From the NCBI GenBank assembly GCA_963457525.1, contig OY734805.1:982984-1046983 (forward strand): a DNA stretch of 64,000 nt, in the 5' to 3' direction. Below are positions 50,101 through 59,383 of the stretch, in pieces (position 1 is the first letter of the stretch; each line of letters begins with the position of its first letter). This DNA comes from Parvibaculaceae bacterium (GTDB taxonomy: Bacteria; Pseudomonadota; Alphaproteobacteria; JAPOUT01). The notes beneath the pieces were generated by a model. The model had not been told where the DNA came from and did not search any database. It saw nothing but the letters and a program-made list of their open reading frames with translations. Made by a program: the position numbers and the translations under genes.

Positions 50101-51067
50101 GGACGGCGGCCTGCTGGCGTTCACGACCTATCAGGACGACAAATTGTTTTCGGATGATCGCGGCAGCGGGCGCTGGGCGGAGCGTTACCGGGACGATGAT
50201 TTGGCGCAAGAACACAAGATCGAACTCTCCCTGCGCCAGCCCGTTGACGACGGCTTTGAAACCGAACTGCTTTTTGCAACCGGCCAAATCGCCGAACTGC
50301 CGCTTGGCCTGAACGCCGAGCAGGACTTCACGCATCCCTATCTCGGTTTTGCCGGCGAGGGAGTCGGTGCGGGAGGTTCGATGGCATTGGGCGCGGGCCG
50401 CGTCACCGCGCTGGGATTTTCCGGCAGCCAGGACGAAGGCGAGGAAACCTACGCCGCGCACGGCGGCCTGCTGGAATACTCCTTCGCGCCGTCCCCGTCG
50501 CTGAAAGTCGGAATGCAAACCGGTGCGCTTATTGAAGAGGAGCGCGCATTGGGATTGCGCTCGAGCGGCGCCTTCGGAAAAATAGGCACCACTTCCACGG
50601 TGTTCGCCGGTGTTTCCGTGGAAGGCGAGTTGGATGCGAACTGGCGTTTTCGTGCGCAGGCCCTGGGCGGACGGGCAAACCTGTCCGCGCCCTCCGTTGG
50701 CTTGGTGGACGATTTTTCGGGCGTTGCGACCAGTGCGTTCCGGCTGGGCATCGAGGGCTTCGGGCTGTTGCGTGAATCGGATGAATTCTCGCTGTTTGTC
50801 TCCCAGCCCCTGCGCGTCGAGAGCGGTTCGGTGGCGCTTGTCGTTCCTGTCGGGCGCACGCGGGACGGCGCGTTGCTGTCCGAGCGCATTGAAGGCGTCT
50901 CGCTTGCACCGGGCGGACGCGAGATTGAGGTTTCCGCCCGCTACGAGTTTAACCTCACCAGCGACCTTGCCTTGGGATTCGATGCCGGCATTGTCCGCGA
51001 CGGCGGGCATATCCGAGCACAGGCAATCGAGTTTTACGGCTTGGGAGACCTGCACTTCCATTTTTAA
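47153..51067 (+). CDS. Lipoprotein autotransporter, subtilase-like (S8) paralog with degenerate catalytic Ser motif and acidic repeat-rich N-region
   Basis: The lipobox is LLAGC. The region RCGNLPNDWISRIHGRHYCLTAPG...LGAASFVAGSLAV is homologous to the downstream gene, but GTSFASP is replaced. The last ~280 aa are a paralogous β-barrel-like domain ending ...LHFHF. Confidence 0.7.
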   Translation: MRKMKQGGVLRNRMCLRAPKLPLALSLAAILLAGCGGSGGDRFVGPGSPPPREPTTEDREGRAEEILKGLEFLNQTDMRLVFVEEMEDEDGDGNGDGTGNGNGNGNGNGNGDENEEEVMRKVSPSELQRINAHHAYGYTHRGAELLDETGDISGFGVYVGVGGLGLEHNHEKILGRLFQSAVPYPEDAFDVLRIDTDAMANQEFSAQELLASLDKFGDIDAVEESFEARKKALVRSLTSQYYSDDEAANSYPDQDRVHADYIIHIDDIKDLTDDGFDDQKRFTYLRNILNWAEENDFTGPDDFDPEDPTADPPIAGDGTTDKDLTDNFRYIQAVCADKGNYSSGAVTDCPSDRPHFIDFGDRTPGGRDLRLIPDFSQRLLGSQAPGLIANERNIHLANLSSLPVEEENEDLTDDLTELLALRAIDDLTTPEEKIERARELLPDRITEATPQEPEDIDGIQSIINVRIRELLKILEVALDIPEDPEADPSNTESELSPKARIDRRIEILFANLRFTPAEGPVHGVAFGSRIVPHVANAVLRIECAGDNEETTPCLVAGDIRKPDDPRTDPDIDLDKLFADYINAIPGPTDEAVDAGTSGDGVERGVDIFLLDAVVEGNGIVGGDSRKTFLNTHLDETLAAIEEFLERRNNPVMVVRSGYGGFEGKPDPASPDPDNVIRGPRTLAALPYRYETCTQENVDVDCRNFRGRMLTAAALNMHNNELHENSPRCGNLPNDWISRIHGRHYCLTAPGDRLRINGMLASDDNGDETVDLTAGFRNGSNEKQPDGSDEDPDEYQVDLGAASFVAGSLAVLSERFRGQLSGRELALRLVNTADQDIFYDDDTLLTDTPRPTEEEMNDPDIMAAVEQERRTAIEETYGAGLIDLEAASEVIGEEVVRIPSSSASRNKPASAVSTYTATKVTASPAFGDSLALALYGREIVTFDEWDAPFWRPLSWLVSTSTNRRSLLERREGASASGARFVPLEDGGLLAFTTYQDDKLFSDDRGSGRWAERYRDDDLAQEHKIELSLRQPVDDGFETELLFATGQIAELPLGLNAEQDFTHPYLGFAGEGVGAGGSMALGAGRVTALGFSGSQDEGEETYAAHGGLLEYSFAPSPSLKVGMQTGALIEEERALGLRSSGAFGKIGTTSTVFAGVSVEGELDANWRFRAQALGGRANLSAPSVGLVDDFSGVATSAFRLGIEGFGLLRESDEFSLFVSQPLRVESGSVALVVPVGRTRDGALLSERIEGVSLAPGGREIEVSARYEFNLTSDLALGFDAGIVRDGGHIRAQAIEFYGLGDLHFHF
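47450..47488 (+). repeat. Hexanucleotide (AACGGC/AATGGC)n microsatellite encoding (GN)n
   Basis: The tract aatggcaacggaaacggcaacggcaacggcaacgg lies in frame inside the subtilase-like lipoprotein. Confidence 0.6.
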
Positions 51068-51093
51068 TAGAAACGCTATAGGCTTGCCGTATT

Positions 51094-54000
51094 ATGTTCT
51101 TTTATAGCATGGACAAATTAGCGAGACGCTTACACTTGGGAGGGGGCTTTTTCATTGCCTCTCCGGCGAAGGGGCGGAGGACGGTAGAACGCGCGCCAAG
51201 GGCAAAAAAGGCGGTTTTCCTTCCGGTTGTTGCGGGTCTGGCGTTTTGTCTGCTCGTCGGTTGCGGCGGAGGCGGAGGGGACATCACGGGCGCGCATATT
51301 GGCACGGGTTTGCCCGGCGGGGATGAAGACGCCCGCCAGCTGACCGATCTTCCCGCCCGGCCCGGTCCTCCCGAGGACAGGGGGGATGTTGAACTGTCCC
51401 TCATTAATCCCGCTCGTCCGGACGGTGCAGGGAGAGGTTTGCTCAATTGGAGAAATGTGTATCAGATCCAAGCGCCGTTTGCGTGGCTCCGTTGTCCGGA
51501 TGGACAGTATAAGTGCAGTGCAGCCGGCCCAGGGATTGTCGTTGGCATTATGGAAGAGGTGAATCATTTCCACGAGTCTTTTCTTTTTGATAACCCAGAT
51601 GTGACGGGTGAGGTGGTTTACCCACAAACAAAGGTTCACCTAGCCAGCGTTTTCGGATCACCTTATCCGACGAATGCACCCGCGCCAGCCGAAAACCTCA
51701 TTGTTAACTGGGAGGATTTCACCTTTGATAGGGGGGGAGAATATCCCGAATATCCCTGTTTGTTGGAGTACGGCATTCCTTGTCCCGTGCAAGACGGCAC
51801 CCAAAAATATTTTCTGCGGCTTGACGCGAGCCGCGGCGGCGGGCTTCAAGTGTTGCCGGGCAAGAACAACACAATTGAATCCATTGAATGTTACAATGAA
51901 AGAGGACAACCCAATCTGGGCAATCCGCGATGCAGATTTGATTCCCAGGGAAACCTTCGTGTTATTTTTGTTCAAGATGTATGTCCCGTATTTAATGGCA
52001 GTTACGCATGTCCCGAGTTCGGCGCATCCCACGGCACCGGCGTTGCAGGCACCGCCGTGTCTCATTCTATTACGCTAGGAATGCGAGACGAAACCGGTTT
52101 CCGAGGCGTTGCCTATCACGCGACGCTTCTCGTCTATGCGCGACCTTTGCGGATTGCCGGGCTTCCCGCCTCTTTTGCCGACCACGCCAGGTATCTCCTG
52201 GACGCTCCGGCCGCGGCCGATGTTTATAATTTCTCGCATACCTTCGGCACGCAAGTCCAAGGAACCTCCGGTGCTTTCGCGGACCGGGTGCGCTCGCCCC
52301 GGAGCGGTTTCTCCCAACTCGCTGTCGCCTTAAGATGTTTGGGCACATCTCAAACAAGTTCGTGCTCCAATGAAGAGGCCACGCCCTTTATTGCGGCATC
52401 CGGCAACGACGGCGAAGCTTTTCCGCGCTTTCCGGCGGCACTGCCGGTGTTCTTTGATTATTTACGCGGGCAGGTTCTCGCGGTCACGGCGACGGACAAT
52501 ACCGGCGTAATTACCCCCTATGCGAATCGTTGCGGCGCGTTGCCTTCGGACTGGAACAGGAACACTCAGGGACGACATTATTGCCTCGCGGCTCCCGGAG
52601 GCGCTAATGTGGCCCCCATCGGGCAAAATCGGTTTTGGGTGTCGGGCCCCGCAGAAGGGGTGTATTCGCCGGTCTTGGGAACCTCCTTTGCCTCGCCGGT
52701 GGTTGCGGGAGGGTTTGCTGTCGTGAAGGAACATTTTCGCGACGATGACGGTATGGATACCATGAGCGATCGGGAACTTCTCCTTCGTCTGGTAAATACG
52801 GCAAATAACACGAATTGTGCAAGGGAGGCGAACCGTAACGAAGACGGCCCGTGCGACGTTTGGGGTCCCGGCGTCCTGATGGGTGATTACAGCAACGAGG
52901 CGGTCTATGGTGCCGGCCTGCTCGACCTTAATGCAGCGACCGCTCCGGTCGGGATGCAGCGCATGTCCGCCTTCGGCGACGTCAACGGGGGGATCACCTA
53001 TGATTTCGATGTGACATCATTGACGACATCGGCGGCCTTCGGCGACGCGTTCCAACGGGCATTGCACGCCCAGAAGATTGCCGTCTTCGATGAACTTAAT
53101 GCCCCGTTTTGGTATCCGCTCGCTACGCTCATGACAACGACGGCAAGCCGTGAAACCCTTCAAGAGCGCCACGCGCGCCTGTTCGATCGCGACAATGCGC
53201 CGATCGAGACGGCGTTCGGCGGCCGGCTTGCGCTGACATCAACGCACACCGGCTCGTCCGAACAAATCGATATGTCCCTGCGGCAGCCCGTCGATTCGAT
53301 CGCGCAGACGGAACTGCTGCTGACGGCGGGAGATCTCTCCACCGCGCCGCTCGGACTTCACGACGACAAATCCTTCGCACATCCCTATCTCCACTTTGCC
53401 GGCGAGGGCGTCGGCCTAGGCGGTTCGTTGCAACTCGGCGCGGGACGGCTCACGGCGATGGGATTCACAAGCGGCAGCGCGAGCGTTCCCGAGGACATAC
53501 CCGTTGAAGCCCACGGGGGCATGGTAGAATACGCACTCGAACCACTCGAGGGTGTTGCGCTCGGCGTGCAAGCGGGTGCAATGGTGGAGGGCTCGCGTGC
53601 GCTGGGACTGCTTCCGGAAGGCGGCTTCGGCGCGTTGGGCGAATCTTCCACGGCGTTTGCGGGAGTCTCCCTGGACGGCTCGTTGGAGGACGGCTGGCGC
53701 TTTCGCGCAAGCATGCTCTTCGGACGCACGAATCTTGATACGCCCTCCATCGGTTTGCTTGCGACAAGTTCGAGTCTCGAAAGTTCGGCGTTTCGTTTTG
53801 CCTTTGAGGGAAGCGATGTTCTCCTGGATGCGGACCGGGTAGACGTTTTCGTCGCGCAACCCTTGCGCATCGAAGGCGGCGATGCGGATTTCATCGTTCC
53901 TGTTTCGCGCACGCCTTCGGGTTTGGTCACGCGCGAGCGGATCTCCGGCGTTTCGCTTGAGCCGGGCGGCCGGGAGTTGGAATTCGGCACGCGCTACGAG

Positions 54001-54120
54001 ATGCAAGTGCGCGAAGACATTGTTGCAACCGGGGGCGTCGGCATCGTTCACGAGGGCGGGCATTCGAAGTGGCAAGAAACCGAGCTTTACGGCTTGGCAA
54101 ATCTGCGCATCGAGTTTTAA
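51094..54120 (+). CDS. Lipoprotein autotransporter subtilase (S8; NalP/SphB1-like)
   Basis: The lipobox is LLVGCGGGGG. The His motif SHGTGVAGTAV and Ser motif LGTSFASPVVAG are recognisable. The C-terminal β-barrel-like domain ends ...LRIEF. It starts 26 bp after its paralog. Confidence 0.75.
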   Translation: MFFYSMDKLARRLHLGGGFFIASPAKGRRTVERAPRAKKAVFLPVVAGLAFCLLVGCGGGGGDITGAHIGTGLPGGDEDARQLTDLPARPGPPEDRGDVELSLINPARPDGAGRGLLNWRNVYQIQAPFAWLRCPDGQYKCSAAGPGIVVGIMEEVNHFHESFLFDNPDVTGEVVYPQTKVHLASVFGSPYPTNAPAPAENLIVNWEDFTFDRGGEYPEYPCLLEYGIPCPVQDGTQKYFLRLDASRGGGLQVLPGKNNTIESIECYNERGQPNLGNPRCRFDSQGNLRVIFVQDVCPVFNGSYACPEFGASHGTGVAGTAVSHSITLGMRDETGFRGVAYHATLLVYARPLRIAGLPASFADHARYLLDAPAAADVYNFSHTFGTQVQGTSGAFADRVRSPRSGFSQLAVALRCLGTSQTSSCSNEEATPFIAASGNDGEAFPRFPAALPVFFDYLRGQVLAVTATDNTGVITPYANRCGALPSDWNRNTQGRHYCLAAPGGANVAPIGQNRFWVSGPAEGVYSPVLGTSFASPVVAGGFAVVKEHFRDDDGMDTMSDRELLLRLVNTANNTNCAREANRNEDGPCDVWGPGVLMGDYSNEAVYGAGLLDLNAATAPVGMQRMSAFGDVNGGITYDFDVTSLTTSAAFGDAFQRALHAQKIAVFDELNAPFWYPLATLMTTTASRETLQERHARLFDRDNAPIETAFGGRLALTSTHTGSSEQIDMSLRQPVDSIAQTELLLTAGDLSTAPLGLHDDKSFAHPYLHFAGEGVGLGGSLQLGAGRLTAMGFTSGSASVPEDIPVEAHGGMVEYALEPLEGVALGVQAGAMVEGSRALGLLPEGGFGALGESSTAFAGVSLDGSLEDGWRFRASMLFGRTNLDTPSIGLLATSSSLESSAFRFAFEGSDVLLDADRVDVFVAQPLRIEGGDADFIVPVSRTPSGLVTRERISGVSLEPGGRELEFGTRYEMQVREDIVATGGVGIVHEGGHSKWQETELYGLANLRIEF

Positions 54121-54218
54121 GAAAAGACGCCGCAGGCCGGCCGTGCCTGTTTCCATGATACGGGACGTGCAGAGGACGCCCTCCTTTGAGGCGTCCTTTC
54201 TTTTTATCCGAAATTCAT

Positions 54219-54440
54219 CGAAAGAAGCCCCGGCAAAATCTTTTGGATGATGCCGAGGCTTCTCCCCTTCGAGTTGAGTTCTTTGGTTTGCAGACAACCA
54301 CGAAGGTTTATTCGTAACTAATAGATTCTAGTTTAACGGGAAACTCAAGACTTTTTTTCCTTAAATCCGCCTATCCGTTAATTGCCAACGGAAAACGGGG
54401 GGATTTCAAATGTTGATTTTTGCCTTGCCGGACGTCTTGC
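54219..54440 (+). repeat. Copy A of a ~230-bp conserved non-coding element (hairpin block plus downstream blocks)
   Basis: Four to five collinear blocks are shared with 62708-62960, e.g. gaaagaagccccggcaaaatcttttggatgatgccgaggcttctccccttcgagttgagtt and aattgccaacggaaaacgggg. Confidence 0.65.
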
Positions 54441-54787
54441 TAATTCCGGCAGAGTTACTTTTAGGACTCAGCCATGAGCAAAATTACGAAAAAGACAGCC
54501 TGGCGTAATATAACCGGTTTGGCGGTGAGGGGTTTTAGAACCTCCATATACCCAATCTATCCCCCTCGCCGCCTCTTCTCCGATAATTCCTGCCAAGGTC
54601 CGTAATAATCCCGTAAGGCATTTCATCACAGTCATTGCATTGTTCGGGTTGGTGTTTTTGTCCGCGGATTTCGTTCAAGCTCAACGCCGGATTTTGCCGA
54701 ATCGGTTGAATTCTGCTACAAATAACCCGTTCGCGACTGCATTGAAAACGGCAATCGGGACGCTAGAGTGGGAATCGGAGGCACCGC

Positions 54788-56320
54788 ATGGAGTTTCTCG
54801 AATATTCCGGGGCAGTTTTTACTCCTTGGTCCATGCTGATTCTTGTAATCGGCACCGTTGGCGGACTCATACTCGGGGCAACGCCGGGGTTAAGCCCGAC
54901 GATGGCGGTCGCGCTTCTCATACCCTTCACCTTCAAAATGGAACCCGCCCACGGCCTTATTTTGTTGGGCGCGGCCTACACCTCTTCGGTTGCCGGGGGC
55001 GCAATCAGCGCAATTCTCCTTAAAATTCCGGGGGCGCCTGCAAATATCGCGACCGCGCTGGACGGTTTTGCAATGGCTCAAAAAGGCGAAGCCGCAAAAG
55101 CCTTGCAGATGTGTTTTTTGTCTTCGGCCTTTGGTGGCATCATCGGAATATTCGTGCTGATATTCCTGACCCCCATACTGGCCGCCTGGGCGCTGAAGTT
55201 CGGGCCGTCGCATCTGTTCTGGATTGCCATTTTCGGCGTGACGATCATCGCGACGCTTGATTCAAAATCGGTGGTCAAGGGTCTTCTTTCCGGCTGTCTC
55301 GGTCTTTGGATATCGACCATAGGCTTTGATCCGATACAAGGCGTCGAACGTTTTACCTTCACGGAACATTTGGACGGCGGCGTTCATGTCATTGCCGCGT
55401 TAATCGGCCTGTTCGCAATTCCGCAAATCGTGGAGATGCTGGAAACCGGCCGGAAGAAAAAAGACATGACGCTAATGAAAACGTCGCATCACAGCATATG
55501 GGCTTCCGTGCGGGAGGTCTTTGGAAAAGTACGGGCCCTTTTCATCGGGAGCTTCGTCGGTGTTTTCATAGGTTTGATTCCCGGTGCGGGCGGACAAATT
55601 GCAGGCATCGTGTCCTACGACCAGACTCGAAAATTCAGTCCGAATCGCAAGGCGTTCGGCACCGGAGAAAGCGAAGGCGTCGTAGCCGCGGAGTCGGCGA
55701 ACAACGCCATGGTCGGGCCGTCGCTCGTGCCGCTGTTGACGCTGAGCGTGCCCGGAAGCCCCACCGCCGCCGTTCTGCTCGGCGGATTGTTAATCCACGG
55801 AATCTTCCCGGGACCCGACTTGTTCACGGTACACGCGGACGTCACCTGGACTTTCATTAACTCCATGTTGATCGGCCAGATTCTCATGCTGTTGTTCGGT
55901 CTCTATATCGCGCGCCTGGCAGCCAAGATTGTCTTGATACCGCCGCCCTTTCTCGCCGCCGGCATTTTAATACTCGCCGTATTCGGGTCGTATTCGGTGC
56001 AGCATTCCCTTTCCGATGTCTTCGTCATGTTCACCCTCGGACTGGGCGCGTATTTTCTGGAAAAATTCGGGTTTACCGCTACGCCCATGGTGCTCGGGAT
56101 TATTCTGGGACCGATCGCCGAAGCCAATTATATCCAGGGCAGGATTATCGCCCAGGTGGGCGACGGCATGGTGTCGTACTTCTTAACGGGCCCCCTGAAC
56201 ATCACCCTTTATGTTCTTTGCCTTGCCTCGATTGCTTATAGCGTGTTCATGGAAATCCGCTCCGGCAGGCAAACGGCCCTCTCCGGAAAAACGAAGCAAA
56301 GAAAAACGAGGCGAAAATGA
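54788..56320 (+). CDS. tctA: Tripartite tricarboxylate transporter large permease TctA
   Basis: The 510-aa polytopic product carries TctA family motifs GATPGLSPTMAVALLIP...IPGAPANIATALDG. Confidence 0.9.
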   Translation: MEFLEYSGAVFTPWSMLILVIGTVGGLILGATPGLSPTMAVALLIPFTFKMEPAHGLILLGAAYTSSVAGGAISAILLKIPGAPANIATALDGFAMAQKGEAAKALQMCFLSSAFGGIIGIFVLIFLTPILAAWALKFGPSHLFWIAIFGVTIIATLDSKSVVKGLLSGCLGLWISTIGFDPIQGVERFTFTEHLDGGVHVIAALIGLFAIPQIVEMLETGRKKKDMTLMKTSHHSIWASVREVFGKVRALFIGSFVGVFIGLIPGAGGQIAGIVSYDQTRKFSPNRKAFGTGESEGVVAAESANNAMVGPSLVPLLTLSVPGSPTAAVLLGGLLIHGIFPGPDLFTVHADVTWTFINSMLIGQILMLLFGLYIARLAAKIVLIPPPFLAAGILILAVFGSYSVQHSLSDVFVMFTLGLGAYFLEKFGFTATPMVLGIILGPIAEANYIQGRIIAQVGDGMVSYFLTGPLNITLYVLCLASIAYSVFMEIRSGRQTALSGKTKQRKTRRK

Positions 56321-56793
56321 ACGGATTGCAAAACCTTCTAAAGCGGTTGCCGGATGCTGTTCCCGTGGGACTGGTGCTGGTTTTTTCCCTCTGGGTCGCA
56401 TTTGTCAGCTTCAATGTGGAAGACCCGATGCCTTATCTGTTTCCAAGGCTTATCTCCGTCGCCTTGGTGGCTCTCTCGGCGCTGGCATTGGTTCGATGCC
56501 TGCAGGGCAAGGAACAAAGCAACCGAACCGTTACGACCGGGCTGATCAAAAACGTCTCCGCGGGAATTGCGGTGATGGCCGTGTTCGTTTTCTTCGCCGC
56601 CGAGTTTCTCGGGTTTTACGCCGCGTCCGCCTTGGCGTTTCTTGCAATTGTCACATTTTACGACCCTTCCTCCCATGCCGAATTGCGCACATGGGTCAGG
56701 CGGGTCGGCGCAATGATCGGCTTTCTCGCCGTCATGTACGGACTTTTCACCCTTCTGCTGAAAGTCCAAATTCCCCGGGGGCTGCTCATATGA
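56317..56793 (+). CDS. tctB: Tripartite tricarboxylate transporter small permease TctB
   Basis: The 158-aa product has 4 TM helices. It overlaps tctA by 4 bp. Confidence 0.7.
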   Translation: MNGLQNLLKRLPDAVPVGLVLVFSLWVAFVSFNVEDPMPYLFPRLISVALVALSALALVRCLQGKEQSNRTVTTGLIKNVSAGIAVMAVFVFFAAEFLGFYAASALAFLAIVTFYDPSSHAELRTWVRRVGAMIGFLAVMYGLFTLLLKVQIPRGLLI

Positions 56794-56839
56794 GAGCGGT
56801 CTCAATTTCCAACAACATCCCTAAAAGGAGGACATTACA

Positions 56840-57799
56840 ATGAAACGTATACTTACATTAATAGTCGCGATGCTCGCTGTTTCATACGGCGGCGCTGCTC
56901 TTGCCCAGGATTATCCCGACCGTCCCATCAGCGTCATGGTTTCATACGGCGCGGGCGGCGCGACGGATTTTCAAGCGCGAATCGTAACAATGGTTGCCGG
57001 CAACGAGGAATACCTCGGCCAGCCGATTGTCATTTTGAACAGGCCGGGCGCCGGCGGCAGGGTCGGGTGGAATCATTTCGCCTCGAAAGCCAAAGCGGAC
57101 GGTTATGAAATGGCCGCCTACAACGTGCCGCACTTTATCGCCCAGTCGATAAAATTTGACACCAAGTACAACATCGACAATCTCGAACCGATTGCCAATT
57201 GGGGCGCGGACCCCGCCGTGTTTGTCGTGGGCAAGGACAGCCCGTTTGACACGATGGCCGATGTTGTGGAGTACGCCAAAGCCAATCCCGAAAAGATCAC
57301 GGTCTCGGGCGCGGGACTCTTTGTCGGCCATCACATCGCGTTTCTTCAAATTCAAAAGGAAACAGGGGTGAAGATGACTTACGTGCCGTCCAAAGGCGGC
57401 GGAGCGGCCGCCCTTAAATCCGTCATAGGCGGACAAGTCATGGCGGGCATCAACAATCTGTCCGACGCATTCCGCAGCCGCGACAATTTGAAGATTCTCG
57501 GCGTTGCCGACAACCGGCGGGACAAGGAATTCCTGCCCGACGTTCCGACCTTCAAGGAGCAAGGGTTCAACGTGGATGATTCTTCGGTGAATTACCGCGG
57601 CATCATGGTTCGCAAGGGCACGCCGCAGGAGGTTATCGACAAATTGGCGGCGCAAGTTCCCAAGATGTTTGAGAACGACCGCGTCAAAAAGCAAATGGCG
57701 AAAGCCGGATCTCCGCTTCGTGTTTTAAACCGCGATCAAGTGAAAGCGATGTGGGAAGAGCGTCAGGTTTTTCTCACCGAATTGCTGAAAGGGTTGTAA
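56840..57799 (+). CDS. tctC: TctC/Bug-family periplasmic substrate-binding protein
   Basis: The signal peptide is followed by YPDRPISVMVSYGAGGATD, the Bug-family N-motif. Confidence 0.85.
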   Translation: MKRILTLIVAMLAVSYGGAALAQDYPDRPISVMVSYGAGGATDFQARIVTMVAGNEEYLGQPIVILNRPGAGGRVGWNHFASKAKADGYEMAAYNVPHFIAQSIKFDTKYNIDNLEPIANWGADPAVFVVGKDSPFDTMADVVEYAKANPEKITVSGAGLFVGHHIAFLQIQKETGVKMTYVPSKGGGAAALKSVIGGQVMAGINNLSDAFRSRDNLKILGVADNRRDKEFLPDVPTFKEQGFNVDDSSVNYRGIMVRKGTPQEVIDKLAAQVPKMFENDRVKKQMAKAGSPLRVLNRDQVKAMWEERQVFLTELLKGL

Positions 57800-57981
57800 G
57801 CGCCCCGTCCGACGAGCCCGGGATTTCGTAAAAATTATTTTTACCGAACTCCCGGGCCGGATGCGGTTCTTGTCGTCGACAATTTTTGCCGGCCGCGTTG
57901 CGCGGGCGGCTGTCGGCGATTGCCCCGGGACAAAGAAACATCAAACGTGAATATGACTGCATAACGGGAATCAATAGAACA

Positions 57982-59379
57982 ATGCCGACAGAAAAAGAAA
58001 TTATTAATGCCCTTGTCCTCAAGGCCCGCGCCGCCATGGATGCGTTCTCCGGAGCCGGCCAGGCGCGTGTGGACGAGGCGGTTACCGCCTTGGCGTGGTC
58101 CATTTACGAACCCGGGCGCGCACGGGAGCTGGCGGAGCTTGCCGTCCGGGATACGGGGCTCGGCAATGTCGAAAGTAAAATAACCAAGAACAGGCGTAAA
58201 ACATTCGGCTGCTTGCGCGATTTAATGCGGGTCAAAACCATCGGCCTGATCGAGGAGATTCCGGAAAAGGGACTCGTCAAATACGGCAAGCCGGTCGGCG
58301 TCGTTGCCGCCGTCACGCCGTCTACAAATCCTGCGGCAACGCCGGTCAACAAGGCCATGTTTGCGGTTAAAGGGGGCAATGCGGTAATCATCGCCCCTTC
58401 GCCCGCCGGTCTGGAGACCACCACCGCGACGGTAAAATACATGCGGGAGGAGTTGGAGAAAATCGGATTGCCCGCCGATCTTGTCCAGGTGCTGCCCGCG
58501 CCCGTGAACAAGGCGTTGACCCGGGAGCTCATGGAAGTCGCGGACCTGGTGGTGGTGACGGGATCGCAGAACAATGTCCGGGGCGCTTATTCTTCCGGCA
58601 CGCCGGCAATCGGCGTCGGCGCGGGCAACGTGCCGGTGGTAATTGATGAAACCGCTGATTTTAAGGCGGCCGCTGAAAAAATCTGCGCCTCCAAGATTTT
58701 TGACAATGCGACTTCATGTTCGTCGGAGAATTCCTTGATCATCCTGGACAGCGCATATGACCGGGCGATGGACGCGCTCAAGAACGCCGGCGGGTATCTC
58801 TGCTCGGCCGAAGAAAAGGAAGCGGTTCGAAATTCCCTGTGGGTGGACGGCCATCTCAATCGGCGCGTAATTGCAAAAGACGCACCGGTTCTCGCGGAAG
58901 TGTTCGGACTGGGCAAGGGCGCGGCGGAATCGAAATTTTTCATGGTGGAAGAAGGCGATGTTGATCCGAAAAGCAAATTTACCGATGAAAAACTATCGCT
59001 CGTCCTGGCGGTCTATCGCGCAAAGGACATGGACGAGGTTGTGAGGCAGCTCAACTCGATTCTCGCCGTATGCGGCAGGGGGCACTCGGTGGGGATTCAC
59101 ACCGAAACGCCGGAGCACGCCGCAAGGCTTGCCGAAGAAATCGATGTCGTCCGCGTTCTTGTAAACCAGGCCCACACGTTCGGGAACGGGGGCAGCTTTG
59201 ACAACGGGTTGAACTTCACGCTGTCGATGGGATGCGGAACCTGGGGCGGAAATTCGATTACCGAAAACCTCAACTACAAGAATTTCATCAACGTCACCCA
59301 TCTCGCCAAAACCATCCCCGAAGACAAGCCGACCGAAGAGGAGATGTTCGGCGGGCACTGGGCGAAGACGGGAAGATAG
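57982..59379 (+). CDS. CoA-acylating aldehyde dehydrogenase (SucD/EutE/SauS-like)
   Basis: This is an ALDH-superfamily protein with the catalytic Cys context TSCSSENSLII. The internal Met at 57982 follows an RBS-like aatagaacaATG. Confidence 0.8.
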   Translation: MPTEKEIINALVLKARAAMDAFSGAGQARVDEAVTALAWSIYEPGRARELAELAVRDTGLGNVESKITKNRRKTFGCLRDLMRVKTIGLIEEIPEKGLVKYGKPVGVVAAVTPSTNPAATPVNKAMFAVKGGNAVIIAPSPAGLETTTATVKYMREELEKIGLPADLVQVLPAPVNKALTRELMEVADLVVVTGSQNNVRGAYSSGTPAIGVGAGNVPVVIDETADFKAAAEKICASKIFDNATSCSSENSLIILDSAYDRAMDALKNAGGYLCSAEEKEAVRNSLWVDGHLNRRVIAKDAPVLAEVFGLGKGAAESKFFMVEEGDVDPKSKFTDEKLSLVLAVYRAKDMDEVVRQLNSILAVCGRGHSVGIHTETPEHAARLAEEIDVVRVLVNQAHTFGNGGSFDNGLNFTLSMGCGTWGGNSITENLNYKNFINVTHLAKTIPEDKPTEEEMFGGHWAKTGR

Positions 59380-59383
59380 CGGC

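Noticed and set aside
54441-54787. Small ORFs in the long intergenic regions, e.g. 22-aa MSKITKKTAWRNITGLAVRGF at ~54473, 54640..55023(+) and 35278..35478(-).
   Set aside because: They have no RBS or homology support and overlap the conserved non-coding element or an AT-rich promoter region.
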